This document shows positions 10,294-19,811 of a DNA stretch of 64,000 nt, piece after piece. A program made the position numbers and the translations under genes. The notes under the pieces are model-generated. The model was not told the DNA's origin, searched no databases, and saw nothing but the letters and a program-made list of their open reading frames with translations. The first letter of the stretch is position 1. Each line of letters begins with the position of its first letter. This DNA comes from an uncultured Candidatus Saccharibacteria bacterium. GTDB lineage: Bacteria; Patescibacteriota; Minisyncoccia; Minisyncoccales; CG1-02-41-26. Location: positions 1,607-65,606 of the forward strand of contig CAZOJF010000001.1 of assembly GCA_964580085.1 (NCBI GenBank). Reading direction: 5' to 3'.

Positions 10294-10475
10294 AAACAAG
10301 AAAATCAATTAAAAAAAGATTCAAGATTACCAAGAATGGGAAAGTTACTAGAAGAGCTATTGGGCAAGATCATTACCGTGGTAAAAAATCAGGAGCAAGA
10401 ATTCGGAAGACAAGAAGAACAAAAATTCTCCCGGCTGCTTTGGCTAAAACAATTAAAAAATCATTAACTCGCTAA
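10290..10475 (+). CDS. rpmI: 50S ribosomal protein L35
   Basis: 61-aa basic protein (KKRFKITKNGKVTRR...) in the conserved infC-rpmI-rplT arrangement. Overlaps infC by 4 nt (ATGA). Confidence 0.8.
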   Translation: MKTRKSIKKRFKITKNGKVTRRAIGQDHYRGKKSGARIRKTRRTKILPAALAKTIKKSLTR

Positions 10476-10482
10476 ATCATTT

Positions 10483-10851
10483 ATGGCTAGAATAAAAAGA
10501 GGTACAACTGCTAACAAACGCAGAAAAAAATTATTAAAAGAAACTAAAGGATATCGCTGGGGCAGAAAGTCAAAATACAAACAAGCTAAACAAGCGTTTA
10601 TTAAGGCTAAGACTTATGCTTACCGCGACAGAAAAGTTAAAAAGAGAGACTTCCGAAGATTATGGCAAATTAGAATAGGTGCTGCTTGTCGCAAACTTGG
10701 GTTGTCTTATAGTAAATTTATCTATCAATTAAAAGAAAAAAATATTGAAATTGATAGAAAAATTCTAAATCAATTAGTTCAAGAAAAACCAGAAGTTTTT
10801 GAGAAGATAGTGGAAGAGGTGAAACCAGTAGAACCTACAAAAGAAAAATAA
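10483..10851 (+). CDS. rplT: 50S ribosomal protein L20
   Basis: MARIKRGTTANKRRKKLLKETKGYRWGRKSKY...YRDRKVKKRDFRRLWQIRI is a canonical L20 sequence. Confidence 0.9.
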   Translation: MARIKRGTTANKRRKKLLKETKGYRWGRKSKYKQAKQAFIKAKTYAYRDRKVKKRDFRRLWQIRIGAACRKLGLSYSKFIYQLKEKNIEIDRKILNQLVQEKPEVFEKIVEEVKPVEPTKEK

Positions 10852-10899
10852 AATTTAGAGCTTAACAATAAAAAAGATATCTTAAAAAGATATTCTTTT

Positions 10900-11901
10900 T
10901 TATTTATCCAATTCTGGCTGAAAATATTTATTAATTCTGATGTCCTCAGAATAAACCCTTTTTATTTTTTTCTGATCAATCACAACTTTCAAAATAATAC
11001 TTTTCATAGTTTCTTCAGAAAAGTGTTGGTCAAAAACAAAATTACCTAGACTATAAGCAATCCAACCATCTTTATATTGCTCAACTCTCTGGACTACATG
11101 AGGATGATGCCCGACTATTAAATCCGCACCATTACTAATGCAATCTTGGGCAAAAGAGATTTGAAAATTAGTAGGATTTTCTGCATATTCTTCCCCCGCA
11201 TGGAGAGAAATAATTAAAATATCAACTTCTTCTTTAGCTTTTTTAATGTATTCAATTATTCCAGTTATATTATTTTCATTAATCCAGGTCATGCCAGAAT
11301 TTTCATTTCCCGCCTGCCAGTTTTTAGTACCTAGGTTTGTATAAGCCAAAAAACCAATTTTAGTATCTTTAATTTGTTTTATTCTTAAAGAAAATGCTTC
11401 TTCTTTATTAAGCCCAGCACCAATATAATCTATGTTGTTTTCTTTTAAAATATCCATCGTATCTTCTAAGGCAATCCTTTGATAATCAAGCATATGGTTA
11501 TTGGCTAGAGATAAAATATCAAACCCAGCATAAAGCAATCCATTTATGGCTTCTGACTTAAAGCGAAAAGAATAAATGCTCCCAACTTTAATTCCTCTAT
11601 CCGAAATTGGGCCTTCCAAATTACCAAATAAAATATCTGATTTCTTAAGTTCGTCAACAATTTCTAAAAAGGGAAATTTAAAATCTTCTTTTCCCTCTTT
11701 ATTTATCATATATTCTACCCCGCGACCCAACATAATGTCACCTACTAAAAAAAGATTAATTTCAGAATTATTAAAATTTTCTTCTTCTTTTTGATTATTA
11801 AAACTAATTTCTTTTTCAAAATAAAAAGAAGTTAAAACAAAATAGGCTAAACCAAAAATTAAACAACTAAAAAGAATTGTTTTTATGTTTTCAATTTTCA
11901 T
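10900..11901 (-). CDS. CapA/PGA_cap family metallophosphatase-like protein (poly-gamma-glutamate capsule synthesis protein family)
   Basis: N-terminal TM helix then LVGDIMLGRGVE..., HMLDYQ, and GADLIVGHHPHVVQ motifs characteristic of the CapA/YwtB family. Confidence 0.65.
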   Translation of the reverse strand: MKIENIKTILFSCLIFGLAYFVLTSFYFEKEISFNNQKEEENFNNSEINLFLVGDIMLGRGVEYMINKEGKEDFKFPFLEIVDELKKSDILFGNLEGPISDRGIKVGSIYSFRFKSEAINGLLYAGFDILSLANNHMLDYQRIALEDTMDILKENNIDYIGAGLNKEEAFSLRIKQIKDTKIGFLAYTNLGTKNWQAGNENSGMTWINENNITGIIEYIKKAKEEVDILIISLHAGEEYAENPTNFQISFAQDCISNGADLIVGHHPHVVQRVEQYKDGWIAYSLGNFVFDQHFSEETMKSIILKVVIDQKKIKRVYSEDIRINKYFQPELDK

Positions 11902-11926
11902 TTATTTCAATTAAAATTCTAAAAAA

Positions 11927-12394
11927 TTAAAAGATTGTTTTTAAAAATCTATTGGCTTTTTCAAGAGTCTCTTTACAATCCTTATATGTTAATTTATCAA
12001 GAGCCTCTTCATATAAAAGCCATTTATAGGCTTTATGCTCAGAAGATATTATTATTTTCTTAGTTTTGGTTTCCGCTAAAAAATAAATAACTATTTTAAA
12101 AATATTCTTATCGTTTGACTCAAAAAAATCTTTGTTATTCTCTCTATAAATTTTCTCACTATTTACTTCATAAGAATATTCACTTTTTTCCTCAAAATCC
12201 TTGATAAAATCAAGATCTTTAAGTCCTGTTTCCTCTTCTGCTTCTCTTATCGCCGTTTCTTTAGATTTTTCTCCTTTTTCCATATGCCCCTTGGAGAAGC
12301 CCCAGTAGTCATAGCCATAATCAAGAATTAAATAATATATTTCTTTGTTTTCTCTACGGAATATTACGGCCCCAGATGCTTTTTCTATTGTCAT
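11927..12394 (-). CDS. NUDIX hydrolase
   Basis: Nudix box GFSKGHMEKGEKSKETAIREAEEETGL (GX5EX7REUXEEXGU pattern). 155 aa. Confidence 0.8.
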   Translation of the reverse strand: MTIEKASGAVIFRRENKEIYYLILDYGYDYWGFSKGHMEKGEKSKETAIREAEEETGLKDLDFIKDFEEKSEYSYEVNSEKIYRENNKDFFESNDKNIFKIVIYFLAETKTKKIIISSEHKAYKWLLYEEALDKLTYKDCKETLEKANRFLKTIF

Positions 12395-12419
12395 ATTAAT
12401 GAAATTTAATAATTTTTGT

Positions 12420-13484
12420 TTATTTTAACTCACTTTTAATATCTTCTATCTCTTTAGCAATTAATCCTTCTGATTTTTCCAAAATATTTATAAGTTCATT
12501 TCGCAGTTTCTCTTCGTCTGGATTTAACCCTGGTTTGGAATCAAGATATTCAATTTTCTCTATAGTTTTTCTTTTTATTCTATCAAAGGTACTTTTTAAG
12601 CTCTCTGCAGCTTCTTGAGTTTCTTTTCTAATCCTTTTTACCTTCAACAAAATCAAGCAGATAACAACTGCTACGATTAAAACAATCAAAGCTACTAATA
12701 TTAAAAATAATGCTCGGTAGGTAATGGTTAATGACCCAATAGAAATTCCAATTAACACCACTTTTATTTGGTGCTCTGGAGAAGAATAACTTATTGCTCC
12801 TCTTTGATCCCTACTTTCAGCTGAAATCAAATATTTACCTGATTTAAAAACCTCATTAGCAGAGAGTGACCAATCCCCATTTTCGTTGCTTTTTACTTCC
12901 CAACTTTTTATCAGCTTCTCGTCTTTCTCAAAAGATATAATTACCGTTAGATCTGGAGGCGCGCTGCCAGAAATATAAAATAATTCTTCTCCGGCAACAT
13001 GAATTTTTGAATAAACTAAAATTTCCGGAGATGGAATAGGTTCAATGTTTAAGGATACTAAGGATTCTCGAAAATTTCCAGCTTGATCTACCGCTTTTAC
13101 TGAAACTTTATAAGTACCTAGGCCTTGTTGAAAAATATGGAAAGGATTACTTTTTTCTGTAGATAGAGAAAAAATATCTTTTTGACCAATTTTTATGTCA
13201 TAATGACTCACCCCTGATAAATCATCTTCAGTTTCAAAATATAAAAATGGACGAGGATTGGTTGGGTCTCCTTGATTATCAATAGTTACATCAAATGGAT
13301 TTGGGGGGACAGTATCAATTTGAATTTTATAATAAGAAGTTTCACTCCAGCCAATTTTATTCTGAATTCTTAAATGAAAATACCATGTTCCGTCTTCTAT
13401 TTTTTCAAATCTTTTTGGGCTTTTTACATCTTGACTAATAGTTTTTAACAAAGAAAAAGGATTTTGATCAAGTTTGCAATTCAT
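12420..13484 (-). CDS. Hypothetical protein with Ig-like beta domains and a C-terminal transmembrane anchor
   Basis: 354 aa. C-terminal hydrophobic stretch (LFLILVALIVLIVAVVICLILL) followed by a charged tail. No catalytic motif. Confidence 0.45.
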   Translation of the reverse strand: MNCKLDQNPFSLLKTISQDVKSPKRFEKIEDGTWYFHLRIQNKIGWSETSYYKIQIDTVPPNPFDVTIDNQGDPTNPRPFLYFETEDDLSGVSHYDIKIGQKDIFSLSTEKSNPFHIFQQGLGTYKVSVKAVDQAGNFRESLVSLNIEPIPSPEILVYSKIHVAGEELFYISGSAPPDLTVIISFEKDEKLIKSWEVKSNENGDWSLSANEVFKSGKYLISAESRDQRGAISYSSPEHQIKVVLIGISIGSLTITYRALFLILVALIVLIVAVVICLILLKVKRIRKETQEAAESLKSTFDRIKRKTIEKIEYLDSKPGLNPDEEKLRNELINILEKSEGLIAKEIEDIKSELK

Positions 13485-14058
13485 CGCTATGATATTAGAA
13501 GGGGTTTCCCATTTAAATTCTGGATTAGGATTGTTATACCAAAGATTTTCTTGGGGATGAGTAGGTGAAAAAATCTTCGGAAGGTTGGGGAGATTATCAA
13601 TTTCTGTGTCTGCCTCTGTGATTAAAAAAATGCTTCTGGAGTAAGTTTTAAAATATTAGTTCCCCTGCCATCAGCAGCTAATGCTGCTACTTTTGTATAT
13701 AGTTTTTATAGATTTTAATATTATAACATGCTTATTATGACCTGAGTCAATAGCTTAAACTGTGGATAACTTTTTATTTAAAAGAAAAATGAATAAAGAA
13801 TAAAATTTTTAATAGTTTAGTAACAAAAAGATAAAATTTATTTAATTTTAACTGAATTTAGACCAAATGTTCTACAAAAAATAAAAATAAGTTAAAATGT
13901 TATAAAACATTGATAAACATTGATAAATATTATTTTAAATAACTATATCGGATAAGGTAAATTACTTAAAATATATAAATTATTAATTTAATTCGTTTCT
14001 TAAAAGATATATTTATTAATGTCATTTAGAAAAGTGTTATAAAAACTGAAGATAGATG

Positions 14059-14087
14059 TTGACAATCTATTCTAGAAAGAATAAAAT
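14059..14087 (+). promoter_or_regulatory. Sigma70-like promoter (TTGACA-17 nt-TAAAAT) upstream of the small HTH gene
   Basis: TTGACA at 14059-14064, a 17-nt spacer, and TAAAAT at 14082-14087. This lies about 45 nt upstream of the ATG at 14131. Confidence 0.45.
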
Positions 14088-14130
14088 TAATAAAAGATAT
14101 AAAACATTAATAATATAAAAATTAAAAGAC

Positions 14131-14346
14131 ATGGACACTTCAAAAAAATATTTAACTATTAAGGAAGTATCAAGAATTTTAGGGGTTACTCCTCTAACTC
14201 TGAGGAATTGGGACAAGAAGAAAAAGTTAAAAGCATATCGTAATCCTATAAATAATTATCGAGTTTATAAGCCCGAAGAAATTCAACTTTTTTTACGTAA
14301 AATTGAATCCGGGAGAAGGCCAGGAGAAAAGATTTTTCTAGGATAA
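14131..14346 (+). CDS. Small MerR-superfamily / excisionase-type helix-turn-helix DNA-binding protein
   Basis: 71 aa. LTIKEVSRILGVTPLTLRNWDKKKKLKAYR matches the excisionase-family HTH (MerR-like). It is preceded by a 650-bp AT-rich non-coding region. Confidence 0.6.
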   Translation: MDTSKKYLTIKEVSRILGVTPLTLRNWDKKKKLKAYRNPINNYRVYKPEEIQLFLRKIESGRRPGEKIFLG

Positions 14347-14452
14347 TATTAGCAGGTTCAAAAAATTAGGATATAACATTAGCAAACATAAAATATGGAA
14401 ATAAAATATAGGATATAGGAAAAAATTAATAAATAGAATACCGAGAACAAAA

Positions 14453-14487
14453 AAACACGATTAGTAAATCGTGTTTTGTTTTAGCCT
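14453..14487. terminator. Bidirectional rho-independent terminator
   Basis: AAAAACACGATTAGTAAATCGTGTTTTGTTTT. The hairpin stem is AACACGATT/AATCGTGTT (the first T of the loop motif TAGTAAA pairs with the final A, leaving a 5-nt AGTAA loop), flanked by an A-run and a T-run. It lies between the convergent genes at 14131-14346 (+) and 14508-15569 (-). Confidence 0.6.
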
Positions 14488-14507
14488 CTTTAAAGATTTT
14501 TATTATC

Positions 14508-15569
14508 TTAGGTTTCTGGTCTATCAAAAAAATTTAATAATTTCTTTTCTGCTAAGTTCAAACCAAGCTTGATACTTATAATAATCCCAAGTAAGCATAA
14601 AAATAAATCTGCTGCTCGCAAAGTCATAGCATATATTGCCCCATTTCCTGCTCCTATGCCTAAAGCATTAAAGGTGAAGGCGCTGGCTGCTTCAGTGCTC
14701 CCTATCCCTGCAGGGAATGGAAACATTAAGGCAAAGTTTGTAAACCCGTAAACACTTAAAGTCTTCAAAATGCCAATGCTTTCTCCTAAAAAGAAAATTA
14801 TGAGACCTGCTCTAAAAAACAATAGAAAATATCTCAAAAAGGCAAGGGTAAAGCTTTTCCAGAATATTCTGCTTTTAAAAGAAAAAAAGTTTATTATTTC
14901 TCTCTCTACATCAAATATTATTTTGCCATTTTTATGGCCTTCAATCTTTTCTTTTTTAATACCAATAAATCTTAGAAGCCATCTTAGAATACTTTCTTTG
15001 TTCAAAATTTTGAAATAAAAGAACAGAAGAGATCCAAATAACCCCCCTATTACTAGAAAGACCAACCATATCATTGTCCCTGGCGGGAAATAACCATAAA
15101 AACAAAATGATAAAACTCCTGTTAGTAAAAATAAAAGAAAGAATGTTGCACTTAAAATCTTACGGATAATAACAGAGGCCGTACTTTTTTCCCAGCTAAT
15201 ATTAAAATTTTTATTTAAAAAATAAATTTGCAGAACTTCTCCCCCTAAGAGCGTGAAGGGTGTAAGATAGCTTACGGAAAAACCTGCTAACCATAATTTT
15301 ATTAATTCTTTAATTGGGACATTAAATCCTTGTGATTGTAAAATCAATTTCCAATTTAAACAACTAATCATGGCAATAAAAAAAGTTAAAGAAACAATGA
15401 TTAATCCCTTGTATCCAGAAAACAAAACAATCGCTTCATTCATTTTGCTCCAGCCTACTATTTCCATTACAAACAGAAAAATTAAAAGTCCTATGCCAGA
15501 GACAATTAAAAGTTTAAATATATTCTTCATAAAATAGATTTTAACATAATAATTTAACCAACTAAACAA
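14508..15569 (-). CDS. Polytopic membrane protein, flippase-like/UPF0104 (lysylphosphatidylglycerol-synthase TM-domain) family candidate
   Basis: 353 aa with about 8 predicted hydrophobic helices. Gly-rich C-terminal helices (PFPAGIGSTEAASAFTFNALGIGAGNGAIYAMTLR) resemble this family. Confidence 0.4.
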   Translation of the reverse strand: MFSWLNYYVKIYFMKNIFKLLIVSGIGLLIFLFVMEIVGWSKMNEAIVLFSGYKGLIIVSLTFFIAMISCLNWKLILQSQGFNVPIKELIKLWLAGFSVSYLTPFTLLGGEVLQIYFLNKNFNISWEKSTASVIIRKILSATFFLLFLLTGVLSFCFYGYFPPGTMIWLVFLVIGGLFGSLLFFYFKILNKESILRWLLRFIGIKKEKIEGHKNGKIIFDVEREIINFFSFKSRIFWKSFTLAFLRYFLLFFRAGLIIFFLGESIGILKTLSVYGFTNFALMFPFPAGIGSTEAASAFTFNALGIGAGNGAIYAMTLRAADLFLCLLGIIISIKLGLNLAEKKLLNFFDRPET

Positions 15570-15603
15570 AATTGCTTAAACTTGTTAAGTAATTCTAAAT
15601 ATT

Positions 15604-18384
15604 TTAAAATAGATTTTTTTGTCCTGAAATTTTTCTTGCTTCTCCTTTGGAAAATATATTAATTTTTCCATACTCGCCATCATACCCAGGTTCAACATAT
15701 ATTTCTTGTTTTCTTAATCTGGATATCGCTTTTGCTATTTCTGGTAAGTTCGCTTGCTCCAAGTCAGATATAGAAGTATCAAGTAAAACATTAAATTCTG
15801 AACCAAATTTCTGGATTAAATCTTCATATTCTTTTTCTACTCCCTTCGTCCCAACTCCTATTTTCAATAAATCAGCAATTATATCTTTCAACGGAACCAG
15901 GCTTTTAAAAGGAATTACATTTTCCGGTTTAAATCCTTCCGGCTTGTCAGCTAATTCTTCTACCCTGCTTAAAACCCCTATGGTCAACGGCCTTCCGCAC
16001 ACGGGACAAATTCCATTATACTTTTTTGTTTCTTGAGGAGAAGAACTAATTTCACATTTTCTATGACCATCATAATAATACTTACCTTGTTGAGGAAAAA
16101 ATTCAATAGTATAGAGAAATTTTTTAGGATCTCCTGATATTATCGCTTCAATTATTGCTGGATAGCTAAGCTCTGTGTCAAAAACATTTGCCTCCCTGCC
16201 AATATGAGGTGCCGAGTTATGAACAATAAATCCATTAGCTATATAATTCTCATAATTAGAAATTGTTAAATCATAGACGTATTCACAATTAGATTTTATT
16301 CTTTTTGTCTCCTGTATAGGTTCCCAAATAATATCGCTTCTAACAAACTTTTTAATTTTTTCTAAAATGGGATTTATTTTTGGGTATTTTAAAAATATTT
16401 TCAAAAATTCTTTAACATTACCTCGTTTTAAAGTATTGTTATGTTTTAAGTGATAATATAATCTCCCAGGGATATCATGGTAAGAAACTTTTAATGCTTG
16501 TTTGACTCTCAAAATTTCTTCCTTAAGCGGTAACGGATCAGTAAAAGAGTTTTTAGGACTTTGTTGGAGGGAAAAAAGATATTTAGATAGTTTTTCTTTT
16601 TTAGGAACAGAATTAAATCCGATTTCTTCCATAAAAATCTTTAATTGTTCATGTCCATATATGCTAATTTTATATCTCCATTTCTTTTTATTTTTCTCAA
16701 AATCATGATAAATAGAAGCATTTATCCCAAATTTTAATAAAAGCACTTGGACTTCTTTTATTAAAACCAGACTAGAAGAAGAAATCTGAATAGAATGATC
16801 CGCAATTGTCCCTTCGGCATCAAATAGACCTCTTAAAAATGCTGCTATTTCTTTTTTAGGGAGACCAAAAATAAAATCTGATATTTGTCGTTTGGGTGAA
16901 TAAACCAAAATCTTTGAATCTATTTTCTGAAGATATTCAGCCAAATAAGCGGGATATCTAAATCCATTTGCATTTCCCTGCTCTTTTTTAACTTTGCCTT
17001 CAATGTTAAAAACTTTTTTAATTAATTTTTGATAATGTGTTAATAAATTTATGTCTTTATCAGTTAAAGAAAGATTTTTTATTTTACCTTTAGAATGCCC
17101 AATTCCGCCATCTCCCACCACATATCCTAAAATTTGACAAAATTCCTCATTCGTAAATTTCGGCGCTTTCTCTAAAGGAAATCTATACACCATAAATTTC
17201 TTCTTAAATCTATTCTTGTCAACTCCTAAATATCCACAGTATTTATTTATAAAACTTTCTTTTGGAGTCTTAACTTTATATTTTTCAAATATCCAAACAC
17301 AATCTTCACTAACTCCAATATATTTCCCAATATCTTTTTGGCTTTTTTTGTTCTTTATCCGTAATGCTCTCAAATATTCAATACCCTTAGGAAGAATCTT
17401 AACTTCATGATCAATACTAAAGAGAGGTAGCTTTTTAGATTTTCCCTTACTAGAAATTTGTCTTAAACAAGCTACTAAATCATTTTTTTTCAGTTCGGAA
17501 GCTTTTCTTTCTATAATTTCTTCATTTTCTAGAACAAAAAAACGATGTTCGGGAGTGGTAATAATTTCTTTAGTTCTGGTTGTTATTTTACAAAGAACTG
17601 GGGGACTAGATAGTTTATGTAATTTAGAGATTTTAGCATCTATTTGTTTCAGATTGCCAACGAAATTAATACTTAATGCTTTGGATGGATTTAAGTCTTT
17701 AATTGGTTTGGGTTTACCATAAATTGTATAAATATTAGTATCTGGATGAACGCAATGAGCATCCGAATTTGATATTAAAGTAATTTTTCTAACATCAGGC
17801 ATTCTCCAGAGCATTTTGGGGTCTGCTGAAAGACCTGTCTCTCCAGCAAAAATATATTTTGAATAATCTTCAAAACATTCTTTTAAGGAATCAAAGCCAG
17901 ATTTTGAGCCAAATAAACCAAACCATGGAGTCATTACATGGGCCGGGATAATTAAACAATCCGAAGAAATGTTTAAAATAATCTTAACCAATTCCTGGGC
18001 ATCAATCCCTAATATAGGCCTGCCATCAGATTTTAAATTTCCTATCCATCCAAGTTGAGTGTTTATTTTTTCAACGGTTTTAAAATCAGGAGCCAAAACT
18101 AAAATATGGATTTTTCTGACTTTCCCATTTTTGGAATAGATACAACTAATTTCAGAAGTTAAAATAAATCTTGTTTTACTATTTTTTAATTTAAACAATC
18201 CTGGTTCAGCTGGTTCCAGTTTTTCTTTTAAATTATTAAACCATTCTGGATGAGTAAAGTCTCCTGTGCCTAAAACATCAATTCCCTTGATCACTGCTTG
18301 TTCCTCTAAATGTTCTAAATCAGATTGAGGAGAAGTAGCTCTGGAATATTTAGAATGGATATGAAAATCAGCAATAAATTTCAT
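15604..18384 (-). CDS. PHP-domain nuclease of the EndoQ/TIGR00375 type, interrupted by an in-frame intein. The extein is about 413 aa.
   Basis: N-extein MKFIADFHIHSKYSRATSPQ...LISNSDAH and C-extein SAPHIGRE...CPVCGRPLTIGVLSRVEELAD (Zn finger) together match PHP/EndoQ-like proteins. A 513-aa intein occupies residues 211-723. Confidence 0.65.
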   Translation of the reverse strand: MKFIADFHIHSKYSRATSPQSDLEHLEEQAVIKGIDVLGTGDFTHPEWFNNLKEKLEPAEPGLFKLKNSKTRFILTSEISCIYSKNGKVRKIHILVLAPDFKTVEKINTQLGWIGNLKSDGRPILGIDAQELVKIILNISSDCLIIPAHVMTPWFGLFGSKSGFDSLKECFEDYSKYIFAGETGLSADPKMLWRMPDVRKITLISNSDAHCVHPDTNIYTIYGKPKPIKDLNPSKALSINFVGNLKQIDAKISKLHKLSSPPVLCKITTRTKEIITTPEHRFFVLENEEIIERKASELKKNDLVACLRQISSKGKSKKLPLFSIDHEVKILPKGIEYLRALRIKNKKSQKDIGKYIGVSEDCVWIFEKYKVKTPKESFINKYCGYLGVDKNRFKKKFMVYRFPLEKAPKFTNEEFCQILGYVVGDGGIGHSKGKIKNLSLTDKDINLLTHYQKLIKKVFNIEGKVKKEQGNANGFRYPAYLAEYLQKIDSKILVYSPKRQISDFIFGLPKKEIAAFLRGLFDAEGTIADHSIQISSSSLVLIKEVQVLLLKFGINASIYHDFEKNKKKWRYKISIYGHEQLKIFMEEIGFNSVPKKEKLSKYLFSLQQSPKNSFTDPLPLKEEILRVKQALKVSYHDIPGRLYYHLKHNNTLKRGNVKEFLKIFLKYPKINPILEKIKKFVRSDIIWEPIQETKRIKSNCEYVYDLTISNYENYIANGFIVHNSAPHIGREANVFDTELSYPAIIEAIISGDPKKFLYTIEFFPQQGKYYYDGHRKCEISSSPQETKKYNGICPVCGRPLTIGVLSRVEELADKPEGFKPENVIPFKSLVPLKDIIADLLKIGVGTKGVEKEYEDLIQKFGSEFNVLLDTSISDLEQANLPEIAKAISRLRKQEIYVEPGYDGEYGKINIFSKGEARKISGQKNLF
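16216..17754 (-). mobile_element. Class 1 intein with a LAGLIDADG homing-endonuclease domain, inserted in the NSDAH motif of the PHP-domain host protein
   Basis: Starts at Cys (CVHPDTNIYT, block A). Block B TPEH. Two LAGLIDADG motifs (LGYVVGDGGIGH and FLRGLFDAEGTI). Block F YVYDLTIS. Block G NGFIVHN followed by a +1 Ser. The Cys codon was checked at 17752-17754 and the terminal Asn codon at 16216-16218 on the minus strand. Confidence 0.85.
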
Positions 18385-18386
18385 AA

Positions 18387-19517
18387 TTAAATAAAGTATT
18401 TAATAATTTCTATAAAGGCCCCAAAAAATAAAATAGTTATAATTGAATAAAAAAAGTATTTGGGAATATTTAAACTATATTCGGGGACCCTATCTCCATA
18501 TTTTTTAGCCTTTTGATAAATCAAACTAATGACTGTCCCATCAACCAATCCCATGAATACGCCTATAAAAGCAATAACCCAAATAAATTGCCTAACCCCA
18601 ACTAAGAATAGAATTAAAGGAATAAATATAACCAAATTAAAAGAAATAAGAAATGGAATTTTATAATCAAAAATTAAAGTGTTTTTAAGATAGTTTGCGG
18701 AAGTTAAAAAGGAAGTAGAAACAGCAAATATACCGAAAATTGCGCCTAAGAGCATAACTTTTTGCCCTAAAAAAGGAATAAGACCTTGAAATGCTTCTGG
18801 GCTTGTATTGTTGCCTGTAACCCCGCTAATAAATAAACCAAATAAAATATAAAAAGAAACACAGATTATTATTGCCTGTGAGATTACCTTTTTAAGATTT
18901 TTTTTCTGAACTAGAATATTTTCAACCCCCGGTATAGCATTCCAACCAACTAAACTAAAAAGGATTACCCCATAAGGCAAGAAAATATATTTGGGGTCAG
19001 CTAAAATAAAATTATTTATATCGATTTTAGGCAAGGCATTAAAAAAAATAAGAAAAATTGCTGTAAAAAAACAAATATTCATTAAAAATTGAATTTGAGA
19101 GATTCTTTTTATGCCTGAAAAAACAAAAAAGGACAAAAGAGCCCATAGAATTAAACCTACATACAAAGGATTTAGAGAGCTTGGAAGAATAATTTCCAAA
19201 AAATTATTATTTAAAATAATATATGCTAAAAGAGAACCAATAGTCCCGAATATAGTTGAAAAAGTGACTATTATCTTAGCTTTTTTGCCTAAATATTTTT
19301 CAGTATAACCAATTAATCTATATTTTTGCTTAGTTCTTAAAATAATCTCTCCGAAAAACAAATGCAAAATAAGCACCACTGTGCCCAAAATAAGAAAATA
19401 GAAAAGGCAAAAAACAATTCCGCTTTTCGCCATCACATAAGGTATTCCGAAAACTCCTGCTCCAATTATCGTACCGATTAAAGAAGCCAAAGCTAAAACT
19501 GAAGTTTTATCTTTCAT
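18387..19517 (-). CDS. Amino acid transporter-like polytopic membrane protein (Trp/Tyr permease-like)
   Basis: 376 aa, about 11 TM helices. N-terminal LASLIGTIIGAGVFGIPYVMAKSG resembles the amino-acid permease signature. Confidence 0.45.
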   Translation of the reverse strand: MKDKTSVLALASLIGTIIGAGVFGIPYVMAKSGIVFCLFYFLILGTVVLILHLFFGEIILRTKQKYRLIGYTEKYLGKKAKIIVTFSTIFGTIGSLLAYIILNNNFLEIILPSSLNPLYVGLILWALLSFFVFSGIKRISQIQFLMNICFFTAIFLIFFNALPKIDINNFILADPKYIFLPYGVILFSLVGWNAIPGVENILVQKKNLKKVISQAIIICVSFYILFGLFISGVTGNNTSPEAFQGLIPFLGQKVMLLGAIFGIFAVSTSFLTSANYLKNTLIFDYKIPFLISFNLVIFIPLILFLVGVRQFIWVIAFIGVFMGLVDGTVISLIYQKAKKYGDRVPEYSLNIPKYFFYSIITILFFGAFIEIIKYFI

Positions 19518-19534
19518 ATTTGGTTATATCCTGT

Positions 19535-19795
19535 CTAAATTTTATAAACCTTGTACCCTTCTCTGACTTTTTCTTTTGCTTCTAACCCAACCGGCTCTCC
19601 TTTCTTGGCTTGTTTGATTTTTTTATGATCAATCTCCATTGAGCCAACTTTCTGCTCAAAATCAGTTGATTCCCCACCAATAACCCTAATAGTATCTCCT
19701 GTCTTCACTGTTCTTATTAATTCAATTACCATTACTTTAATTTTGTCAAAATAATGGGTAATTTTACCTATTAATTCGCCTTCTTTATCTGGCAT
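19535..19795 (-). CDS. Hypothetical small beta-barrel protein (EF-Tu domain 2-like)
   Basis: 86 aa. GDTIRVIGGESTDFEQKVGSMEIDHKKI resembles translation-factor beta-barrel domains. The assignment is weak. Confidence 0.3.
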   Translation of the reverse strand: MPDKEGELIGKITHYFDKIKVMVIELIRTVKTGDTIRVIGGESTDFEQKVGSMEIDHKKIKQAKKGEPVGLEAKEKVREGYKVYKI

Positions 19796-19811
19796 ATTAA
19801 TAATTTAATTA

